Assembly: GCA_040398005.1 (NCBI GenBank)
Contig: JBBAUX010000007.1
Location: forward strand, 35,621 to 99,620
Reading direction: 5' to 3'
DNA from: Opitutales bacterium
GTDB taxonomy: Bacteria > Verrucomicrobiota > Verrucomicrobiia > Opitutales > UBA953
Length of the DNA: 64,000 bases
The notes below the pieces were generated by a model. That model searched no databases, was not told where the DNA came from, and saw nothing but the letters and a program-made list of their open reading frames with translations. Positions 19,486 through 27,337 of the stretch are shown here, piece after piece; position 1 is the stretch's first letter; each line of letters begins with the position of its first letter. Both the position numbers and the translations under genes were made by a program.

Positions 19486-20335
19486 CGCGACTCCCTGTCA
19501 CAAGTTCACGGAATAAATCATCGAGGGAACGACGTGGGTGAGTGAATGAGGTAACTCTTGCACCGTGTTGAGCGAGGACTTCTTCAGCAGCACGACGCGC
19601 CTCAGGTGTTAAGTTTTCAACGGTGATAATGCTTTGGTCACGGCGGGTTAAAACATCGTCCACCCTGCCCTCGAGTACCAGTTTTCCACGATCCATAATC
19701 GCGATCCGATCACAGACCTGCTCAACTTGTCCTAATAAATGGGAACAAAGAACAATGGTTTTACCCTTTGCTTTCATAGCTTTTATCATTTGGCCGATGG
19801 CCGCTGAGCCCACGGGATCAACCCCAGCAGTCGGTTCATCGAGAATCACCAACTCCGGATCATGCACGATGGCCTGAGCTAATCCAATGCGTTGTAACAT
19901 TCCTTTAGAATACGTACCGATGGTTCGGTCACCAGCCTCAGTCATCGCGGTTAAAGCCAGGGCCTCTTCGACAGCTTGATTAACAGACTCGGGTTTTACG
20001 CCACTTAATCGTGCACAATAAGCGACCAGTTCACGACCCGAAAGAAATTTATGAAAGTAAGGAGCTTCGGGTAAAAATCCGGTGCGTGAACGTGCCGAGG
20101 TAGTCGCAAAAGGAAAACTAAGAATAGAAACTTCACCCGCGGTGGGAGAAATTAATCCCAAAATAATTTTTAAGGTCGTACTCTTTCCGCAGCCATTGGG
20201 ACCCAGTAAGCCAAAGACTTGCCCCCGCGGAATTTCCAGGGAGACATTGTCGACCGCACGCAGCTTCAGACCACGCAGCCCAATCCGGAAATCTTTAGTC
20301 AGTCCTTTAACGGCAATAGCTGGACCAGTATTCAT
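19478..20335 (-). CDS. ABC transporter ATP-binding protein
   Basis: GPNGCGKST, YSKGM.QR, ILDEPT and SH switch. Confidence 0.95.
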   Translation of the reverse strand: MNTGPAIAVKGLTKDFRIGLRGLKLRAVDNVSLEIPRGQVFGLLGPNGCGKSTTLKIILGLISPTAGEVSILSFPFATTSARSRTGFLPEAPYFHKFLSGRELVAYCARLSGVKPESVNQAVEEALALTAMTEAGDRTIGTYSKGMLQRIGLAQAIVHDPELVILDEPTAGVDPVGSAAIGQMIKAMKAKGKTIVLCSHLLGQVEQVCDRIAIMDRGKLVLEGRVDDVLTRRDQSIITVENLTPEARRAAEEVLAQHGARVTSFTHPRRSLDDLFRELVTGSRDA

Positions 20336-20613
20336 TTTTTAATAATAAAGTTATTTGTGGTACGAACCCCAGAAAAATTTCTCTGTTCGACGCCACGGAT
20401 ATGTCCATCCAGCGACTTCTCGATCGTTTCGCAGAGTCCATCGATCTCCTTTTCGGAACCTTCTGCGTGAAGGTAGACTCGCCCATCGGTGAGATTTTGG
20501 ACAAAGCCCGTTAGGTCATAGCCACGAGCTATGGCGATAACTTGAGCACGAAAACCTACCCCTTGGACGTGTCCAGTGTACCAAACTTCCCGATGGGAGA
20601 CATGGGTTGACAT
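20332..20613 (-). CDS. acyP: Acylphosphatase
   Basis: G.VQGVGFR and G.V.NL.DGRV. Confidence 0.9.
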   Translation of the reverse strand: MSTHVSHREVWYTGHVQGVGFRAQVIAIARGYDLTGFVQNLTDGRVYLHAEGSEKEIDGLCETIEKSLDGHIRGVEQRNFSGVRTTNNFIIKK

Positions 20614-20679
20614 TTTGATGGTTTTAAGGACTCTTTCTATTAACTTAAGTCACGCAATCGCAATATATCACACTACACT

Positions 20680-20976
20680 ATGAACCTCCCCCTCGCTCAA
20701 CTTGATGGTCCTATTGTCTGGGCAATTGTCATTGTCGCTGTCCTTCTTTTCGGTGGATCCAAAATCCCAGAATTGGCCCGCGGACTTGGTAAAGCGAAAC
20801 GTGAATTCAAAAAAGCCTCTGAAGATGTCAGTGACGAAGTACGCAATGTCGTCGATGAAGATGACCGTCGCCAAGCTCGCATTCGCGCTATCGAGGAAGA
20901 AGAACGTGTTAAGATTCGTGCTCGCATTGAACAAGAAGAACGCGCCAAACGTTCCGGCGACAGCCATAAGAACTAA
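20680..20976 (+). CDS. tatA: Twin-arginine translocase TatA/E subunit
   Basis: TM helix then LLFGGSKIPELARGLGKA.REFKKA. Confidence 0.92.
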   Translation: MNLPLAQLDGPIVWAIVIVAVLLFGGSKIPELARGLGKAKREFKKASEDVSDEVRNVVDEDDRRQARIRAIEEEERVKIRARIEQEERAKRSGDSHKN

Positions 20977-20981
20977 TTTCT

Positions 20982-21005
20982 AGGGCCGCACAACGGCCCT
21001 TTTTT
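20982..21005 (+). terminator. Intrinsic terminator after tatA
   Basis: AGGGCCG-cacaa-CGGCCCT stem-loop followed by TTTTT. Confidence 0.75.
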
Positions 21006-21009
21006 AGGT

Positions 21010-21600
21010 ATGTTTACTGGACTCGTCCAAGCCGTCGGTGAAATCACTTCCCTGGATAAAAAGTCTCACGGTGGGTGTGTTCTTACGATTAAGAGTCCTG
21101 TCCTCAAAAATGTCGTGCTCGGTGAAAGTATCGCGGTGAACGGCTGCTGCCTCACCGTTGCGGAATTCCAAAACGACGAAGCTCAATTCGTCTTACTCGA
21201 AGAGACCTTAAGACTTACTAATTTAGGAGAACTGCAATTGGGCAGCCTGGTTAATTTGGAGCCCAGTTTGAAGCCCACCGATCGCATGGGCGGACACTTT
21301 GTGAGCGGACATATCGACAGTTGCGGCCTAGTTAAGCACTGGGGGCTTGATGGAGCCGACTGGAGACTAGAGATTGAGGTCGCCCCTGAACTCTTGCGCT
21401 ACGTGGTTCGAAAAGGCTGCATCGCCATCGATGGCATGTCTCTCACTGTTGCGGATGTTCTACCTAACGGAGTAAGAATTTGGATTATTCCACACACCTT
21501 AGAGGTCACCAATTTGAAATTAAGAAAAGTAGGTCAACGGGTGAATATCGAAACAGATCTCTTGGCCAAGTATACCGAGAAACTTTTAGGTAAAAATTAA
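21010..21600 (+). CDS. ribE: Riboflavin synthase (alpha chain)
   Basis: MFTGLV N-terminus, SIAVNGCCLTV, GGHFVSGHID, IIPHT and VNIETD. Confidence 0.96.
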   Translation: MFTGLVQAVGEITSLDKKSHGGCVLTIKSPVLKNVVLGESIAVNGCCLTVAEFQNDEAQFVLLEETLRLTNLGELQLGSLVNLEPSLKPTDRMGGHFVSGHIDSCGLVKHWGLDGADWRLEIEVAPELLRYVVRKGCIAIDGMSLTVADVLPNGVRIWIIPHTLEVTNLKLRKVGQRVNIETDLLAKYTEKLLGKN

Positions 21601-22250
21601 ATTCCCGAAATTTCGTTGAGTCTATTTTGAATACGTAAAGCGACTGCTTCGTCATTCTCTTCCCGTTGTGGACATGGGATAGTTTCAAAATGGATATCTA
21701 CTTTTGAAAATGGAAGAGGAACAGAAAACTGATCCCAACTTTTGAGTTTTATCGCTTTGTGAAAATTAATACCGACCAGTAAAAAGGGACGGCGCGTTAG
21801 TTTAGCCAGTGCTACAGCGCCTGGTTTGCAAACCCGACGAGGACCCTTGGGGCCATCAGGCGTTACGCCCGCATTGCGTCCGTCTTTCACATTCCGGGTT
21901 AGTTCAATCAAAGCCGACGCGCCTCTTTTGCTCGAAGAACCACGTACGGCGTGTAAGCCCATGATTTTAAAAAATGCGACGAGCCACCCGCCGTCCCGAC
22001 TAGTGCTGATTAAAGCGGTGATGGGTCGACCCAAGAAATTCTGACCAATTAACGGGCTGATAAACAAACGCTCGTGCCAGAGCATAATAATGACTGGACC
22101 ATCGGCATCAGTCTCAGGTCTGAAATTCGATTGTACCCGCAATGTAGCCAACCAAATCCGAAAAAAAAGTGCCAATGGAAAAACCCAAATCCAGTGATAC
22201 CAAGAGGCATTCACCGGGTTTTCGGGTTGATCGGACGAGGACGTTGACAC
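21597..22250 (-). CDS. DUF374 / lysophospholipid acyltransferase-like protein
   Basis: WH, IS.SRDG, VRGSSS.RG, TPDGPKGP and SWDQF.VP.PF. Confidence 0.88.
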   Translation of the reverse strand: MSTSSSDQPENPVNASWYHWIWVFPLALFFRIWLATLRVQSNFRPETDADGPVIIMLWHERLFISPLIGQNFLGRPITALISTSRDGGWLVAFFKIMGLHAVRGSSSKRGASALIELTRNVKDGRNAGVTPDGPKGPRRVCKPGAVALAKLTRRPFLLVGINFHKAIKLKSWDQFSVPLPFSKVDIHFETIPCPQREENDEAVALRIQNRLNEISGI

Positions 22251-22288
22251 TCAAGAATTTAAGAAGTTTTAATCGGAAAGTTCAAACC

Positions 22289-22828
22289 TTATCCCAGCAG
22301 GGTCTTTAAAATCTTATCGCGACTCAAGAGATGAAGGAACGGAGTCGCAAACAACTCCGGCTCTTGTTGTGTCCAGTGTATGACTTGCTGGGGCGTACGC
22401 CAGACCAGCGAGTCCACTTCGGGTCTAAAGATCTGCGCAGTGAAATCGCCTCTTAATAAATAGGAAACAACGAACTCATTGCCGAGATTTTCATGACAGG
22501 GGGCGTAATCTAGTTCCGTCAAATCATTCACATTAATGGTAATACCTAATTCCTCTTTGAATTCACGGACTGCCGCCTGAATATATTTTTCGCCACTGTC
22601 GACGTGTCCCGCACAGGAAGTGCTTAAATAGCCAGGGCTATTGTCTTTGGCGTAGGAGCGACGTTGCAAACAGAGTTCGCCCGCTTGGTTCAGCCAAAAA
22701 ATATGGATGGCGCGATGCCGGAGATGGCGCTTGTGAATTTCGCCACGACTCAACGGGTGCAAGACATTGTCATTCTCATCAACCACGTCGAAAAGTTCAT
22801 CGGGCGACTGTCCGTATTCTTTATTCAT
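22289..22828 (-). CDS. Nudix hydrolase (Idi/YfcD-like)
   Basis: HRAIHIF, LQRRS..KD and Nudix box GHVDSGE...AAVREFKEELG. Start set at ATG 22828. Confidence 0.88.
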   Translation of the reverse strand: MNKEYGQSPDELFDVVDENDNVLHPLSRGEIHKRHLRHRAIHIFWLNQAGELCLQRRSYAKDNSPGYLSTSCAGHVDSGEKYIQAAVREFKEELGITINVNDLTELDYAPCHENLGNEFVVSYLLRGDFTAQIFRPEVDSLVWRTPQQVIHWTQQEPELFATPFLHLLSRDKILKTLLG

Positions 22829-23549
22829 GGTGTCCAAGGTCCATAATAGTGCTCCAACGCTTGGTGAGTTCACGGTCGTGCTTTTTCCAGTCGCCATCCC
22901 ACTGCGCCAGCTGATTCCAGAATTTGTCGGAATGGTTCATGTGTAGTCGATGAGCTAACTCATGCAGAATCACATGATCATGAATGAGTGGAGGTAATAA
23001 AATGAGCCGCCAATTAAGCGAAAGTGTTCCGGTGGTAGAGCAAGAGCCCCAACGGGTAGTCTGATCACGCACGCTGACCGCTCCCACCGTTACCTTGGTT
23101 TTTTTGGCCAACCGGCTCACCGCTAAATTCAATCCTGTTTCTGCCAGTTTGCGTGTCGCCCTCAGTGCTGCTTGTTCTTCAATATCCTTCGGTAAGGTTA
23201 AATCCACCGTCTCCGTTTCATCATTAATTTGAACTAACGTACGTCCTCCGTTTTTAATTTGTAGAGTCATAATCCGATCATCAATCGTGACCCAACTAAA
23301 TTTGGAGAAATGTTTTAAGAGATGCGGCTGGGTGGCCCGGGTCTTACTGAGTGCCTGCTCTAACCAGGGAATTTGATCATGTAAAAAAGCCAAAACCGCA
23401 CGTTGCGAGGTCTGCGGCGGATAAGATAAAACAATCTTGGGGCCAGGCTTAACCGATAAGCGTACACGCGTGGAACGCTCAGAGAGTTTGGGCCAAACTT
23501 CAACAGCACGCCCAGCGACATGGACAACGATGGGCTCAGCCGAAGACAT
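22821..23549 (-). CDS. YgjP/DUF45 (SprT-like metallopeptidase fold) protein
   Basis: VRDQ.TRWGSCS, LNWRL, HELAH..HMNHS..FW. Confidence 0.9.
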   Translation of the reverse strand: MSSAEPIVVHVAGRAVEVWPKLSERSTRVRLSVKPGPKIVLSYPPQTSQRAVLAFLHDQIPWLEQALSKTRATQPHLLKHFSKFSWVTIDDRIMTLQIKNGGRTLVQINDETETVDLTLPKDIEEQAALRATRKLAETGLNLAVSRLAKKTKVTVGAVSVRDQTTRWGSCSTTGTLSLNWRLILLPPLIHDHVILHELAHRLHMNHSDKFWNQLAQWDGDWKKHDRELTKRWSTIMDLGHHE

Positions 23550-23551
23550 TG

Positions 23552-24214
23552 TTAGGCCTGTTTTGCGTTATGCTTTTCGGCTTCGTCTTTTACATTTTGC
23601 GTAAACCGACGCAGGGCCGAGTCGGGATCAATCCCCGCATTACGACACGCCGCAATTAACTCAAAAAGTTTCTTTCCAGCCGCCGCTTCGGAGAGTTGCT
23701 CTTGGTTACTCTCAATATTTTTACGGTCTACTAGAGTTCCCGTGTCTAAATTCTTTTTGTGAATGTGTTTCCAAACATCGCGAGCTAGCAAGATTGAGTT
23801 GAGTGCCGGAGGTAGGTCTTTAAAAAGTGTGACGGGGCGCTCGCCCTTCTCTTTTAATTTAATCTGTTCCCATTGTTGAATGACCGCGGCACTGTCACCC
23901 AATTTATGACCGTCACCAAAGACGTGGGGGTGACGACGAACCATCTTTTCATTCACTTCATTGGCGACGTCATTAAAATTAAATTGTCCAGCTTCCTCCG
24001 CGATCTGCGAGTGAAGTACGACGTGAAAAAGTAAGTCACCTAATTCTTCACGGAGATTGGGTACATCATTTTTGTCGATGGCCTGTAAGACCTCAGCAAC
24101 CTCCTCGACTAGCGCATCGCAGATGCTGCGGTGAGTCTGCTCACGATCCCAGGGGCACCCATCGGGGGCACGTAGTTTGGCCGTTGTGGTGATTAATCGG
24201 TCAATTCCTTGCAT
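23552..24214 (-). CDS. mazG: MazG nucleoside-triphosphate pyrophosphohydrolase
   Basis: LR...GCPWDREQT, EEVAE, EELGDLL and RRHPHVF. The second domain is short or degenerate. Confidence 0.92.
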   Translation of the reverse strand: MQGIDRLITTTAKLRAPDGCPWDREQTHRSICDALVEEVAEVLQAIDKNDVPNLREELGDLLFHVVLHSQIAEEAGQFNFNDVANEVNEKMVRRHPHVFGDGHKLGDSAAVIQQWEQIKLKEKGERPVTLFKDLPPALNSILLARDVWKHIHKKNLDTGTLVDRKNIESNQEQLSEAAAGKKLFELIAACRNAGIDPDSALRRFTQNVKDEAEKHNAKQA

Positions 24215-24287
24215 GCCCCGATGGAGTCAGTTCTGTCCCCGGAGTCAAAACGATTGCCAGAATGCTTTTGGTGGTTTCGGTAGAGTA

Positions 24288-25076
24288 ATGGATAAGTTAA
24301 TCGAGATAATGGACGCCAAGCGTAAGGAAATTCAACCTTACGTGCGTTCGGTTACGGACCAAGAGTTCGCCGTCTTTGCTACCCAAAATAAGACACCTGG
24401 TTTCCGCGATGCGCTGAACAACTCGAATCATCTTACGGTTATCGCAGAAGTTAAACGTACCTCGCCCAGTGTTGGGATGATTAAAAGCGACGTGAATGCC
24501 GTTGAACAAGCGAGACTCTATGCGCAAGCGGGAGCCGAGTGTCTCTCAGTTTTAACCGAAACCAAATACTTTAATGGTCAGTTACAGGACTTAGTCGATG
24601 TGGTTAATGATCAGGCCAAAAGCAGTCACCCCCTTCCTTGTATTCGTAAAGATTTCATGGTGCACCCCTTTCAGGTCCTCGAAGCCGCTCAAGCCGGCGC
24701 TCGTTGTATTTTAATTATCGTTCGCGGACTGACTGATGAAGAAATTAAACCGATTCATGTGGCGGCTCAATTATCCGGATTGGATACATTATTTGAAGTA
24801 CATGATGAATTCGAGTTGGAACGCGCCCTTAAACATAATCCGAATATGATTGGCGTTAATAATCGGAATCTTTCGACGTTCCTAATTGATTTAAGTTTTG
24901 CGGAGAAAGTGATACCGCAGATGCCCTCTTCGATTCTGAAAGTCGCGGAGAGCGGAATCAAAACTGCCGAAGACGCAGCCCGCATGCGCCAAGCCGGAGC
25001 GAATGCCTTATTAGTGGGGGAATCTTTAATGCGGGCAGAAAACCCAGCAGCTCTCCTTAAAGCATTCCGCGGATAA
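24288..25076 (+). CDS. trpC: Indole-3-glycerol phosphate synthase
   Basis: IAEVKR.SPS, SVLTE, RKDF, EVH, IGVNNRNL, VAESGI and LVGESLM. Start ATG 24288. Confidence 0.96.
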   Translation: MDKLIEIMDAKRKEIQPYVRSVTDQEFAVFATQNKTPGFRDALNNSNHLTVIAEVKRTSPSVGMIKSDVNAVEQARLYAQAGAECLSVLTETKYFNGQLQDLVDVVNDQAKSSHPLPCIRKDFMVHPFQVLEAAQAGARCILIIVRGLTDEEIKPIHVAAQLSGLDTLFEVHDEFELERALKHNPNMIGVNNRNLSTFLIDLSFAEKVIPQMPSSILKVAESGIKTAEDAARMRQAGANALLVGESLMRAENPAALLKAFRG

Positions 25077-25909
25077 TGAATGACGGCCCTTTATCATTGG
25101 GTGAAACGCGTGATCTACTCGCCCAGTTGTCACACATGCCCAAGAAATGGTTAGGGCAAAACTTTTTAGTCGATGGAAATATCGTCCGTAAATCTTTGGA
25201 ATTAGCAGAAATTAAATCGGGCGACTGTGTTCTAGAAGTCGGACCAGGCTTAGGTACCTTAAGTCGCACCTTGCTCGGAGCTGGCGTCGAGCTGCATGCG
25301 ATTGAAGCCGATCGCACGATGTTATTTCATTTAGAAGAAACCCTAAAATCTCGCTGGCCCAATACATTTTTTCTAACGGAAGGTGATGCGGTAGATAAGC
25401 CTTTCGCCGATTTACAAAATCGAGAAGATGGATCGTTCAAAGTCGTGGCGAATCTTCCGTACGCTATTTCGACTCCATGGATTGATGCAATCTGCGGCGG
25501 GCCCCATCCCTCCATTATGGTACTCATGTTGCAACGGGAAGCGGCGGAAAGATTAACCGCCGATGTGGGCACCGCCCATTGGTCAGCAGTAACCATTCAA
25601 GTAGCTTTAGCTTTCGAGAAAATTAAAGTTCATCCAGTCCCCAGTCAGTCATTTAATCCACCACCGAAAGTTGATTCGTGTCTTTTAGTTTTAGGTCGCA
25701 GAGATAATCCTCGCCGTTTAACTCCCCGAGCCAAAGAAGTGGCGCGCGGATTATTTACGCAACGCCGCAAGCAGGTGGGATCTTCGGCCAAGAAGCTTTT
25801 CCCAAATCAAGCCGATGTACTTAGCTGGATAGAACGTTTACCAGAATTCGGTCTTACTTCACTAGCCAGACCCCAAGAAATCCCTGCGGAAGCGTGGTTA
25901 AGCCTCTAA
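25076..25909 (+). CDS. rsmA: 16S rRNA adenine dimethyltransferase
   Basis: KWLGQNFL, LEVGPGLG, ANLPY.IS, F.PPPKVDS and F.QRRK. Confidence 0.95.
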   Translation: MNDGPLSLGETRDLLAQLSHMPKKWLGQNFLVDGNIVRKSLELAEIKSGDCVLEVGPGLGTLSRTLLGAGVELHAIEADRTMLFHLEETLKSRWPNTFFLTEGDAVDKPFADLQNREDGSFKVVANLPYAISTPWIDAICGGPHPSIMVLMLQREAAERLTADVGTAHWSAVTIQVALAFEKIKVHPVPSQSFNPPPKVDSCLLVLGRRDNPRRLTPRAKEVARGLFTQRRKQVGSSAKKLFPNQADVLSWIERLPEFGLTSLARPQEIPAEAWLSL

Positions 25910-25957
25910 ATCGGCTACAAGGTTGCTTTCTCCTAAATCTTTGGTCTTTGTGTCAGA

Positions 25958-27337
25958 ATGTCTGTAAAAGTAGGACTCGTATCGCTCGGTTGCGCCAAGA
26001 ATCTCATCGATTCTGAAATCATGATTGGTCACCTCGCCAAGGCCGGGATGTCCATGACTAGCAATGCCGCCGAAGCTGACGTGGTCATCGTGAATACTTG
26101 TTCATTTATTGACGCTTCCAAACACGAAGCGTTAGCCGCGATTTACGAAATGAGTGACGGCAAGGCAACCGCTCGTAAGAAAAATCAAAAACTGATTGTT
26201 GCAGGTTGTATGTCGCAACGCTATCAAGGCGCCCTACCCGTCGTCGAAGGAATCAAAGGCCGCGTGGAATTACCGAAGGTCGATGCCTTTATCGGACTCG
26301 ATCAAGTGACCAACATCGTACCTGTGATTGAAAAAGTGATGGGCGGTCTGGCTAGCATGACGGAGTTCTTATCTAAAGTTACTACTTTTATTCCTGATTA
26401 CGATACACCTCGTTTTCGTCTTACCCCCAAGCACACTGCCTATGTTAAAATCGCAGAAGGCTGTAATCACCCTTGTACGTTTTGTATTATTCCACGCATT
26501 CGCGGACGTCATCGCAGCCGCACCGTCGAGTCAGTCGTCAAAGAAGCGCAAAAACTCGTTAACGAAGGTGTGAAAGAACTTAATTTAATTTCTCAAGATA
26601 CGACCTATTTCGGGATGGATCGCTGGTCCGAAGAAAGACCTAATCCACGCAGTAAAGTCGACTCCTCCAAAGGCGAGTCACTGGCCTCGTTACTCAGAGA
26701 ACTCGATACTATCGAAGGCGATTTCTGGGTGCGTTTACTCTACACTCACCCCGCTCACTGGAGCGATGAACTCATCGAGACCATCGCGAAATCGAAACAC
26801 GTCGCTCGTTACGTCGACATTCCCTTACAACATATTTCCGATCGAATGTTAACGGCTATGCAGCGTGAAACGAGCGGAGATTATATTCGCGATTTAATTA
26901 AGAGAATGCGTCAAGGTGCACCGCACATGGCGATTCGCACGACTTTCATTGTCGGCTTCCCTGGCGAAACTGAAGAAGATTTTACTGAACTTCTCAAGTT
27001 CCTCGAAGACACTCAATTCGATCGCGTAGGTATTTTTAAATACTCGCAAGAAGAAGGAACCAAGGCTGCAAAAATGGAGGGGCACTTATCTCAAGAAGTA
27101 AAAGAGGATCGTTACGCCCGTGCGATGACTCTCTTACAACGCCTCTCGAAAGAACGTGGCGAACGCTTTGTAGGTCGTAAAATTCGCGTGCTTGTGGAAA
27201 AACCCGGTGTGGGTCGCAGCGAAGGTGACGCCATGGATATCGATGGTATCGTTAAGATTCCCAAGAAATTCAATGTCGGTGAGTTCGCCGAGGTGACCGT
27301 AACCGGCGCCGAAGAATACGACTTAATCGCTAAGTAA
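25958..27337 (+). CDS. rimO: Ribosomal protein S12 methylthiotransferase
   Basis: SLGCAKN..DSE, NTCSFI, radical-SAM CNHPCTFC, FIVGFPGETEE and C-terminal TRAM domain. Confidence 0.93.
   Translation: MSVKVGLVSLGCAKNLIDSEIMIGHLAKAGMSMTSNAAEADVVIVNTCSFIDASKHEALAAIYEMSDGKATARKKNQKLIVAGCMSQRYQGALPVVEGIKGRVELPKVDAFIGLDQVTNIVPVIEKVMGGLASMTEFLSKVTTFIPDYDTPRFRLTPKHTAYVKIAEGCNHPCTFCIIPRIRGRHRSRTVESVVKEAQKLVNEGVKELNLISQDTTYFGMDRWSEERPNPRSKVDSSKGESLASLLRELDTIEGDFWVRLLYTHPAHWSDELIETIAKSKHVARYVDIPLQHISDRMLTAMQRETSGDYIRDLIKRMRQGAPHMAIRTTFIVGFPGETEEDFTELLKFLEDTQFDRVGIFKYSQEEGTKAAKMEGHLSQEVKEDRYARAMTLLQRLSKERGERFVGRKIRVLVEKPGVGRSEGDAMDIDGIVKIPKKFNVGEFAEVTVTGAEEYDLIAK

Noticed and set aside
20668..20983. Three extra ORFs overlapping tatA
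   Set aside because: Alternative-frame and antisense shadows of a clear tatA with no recognisable motifs.
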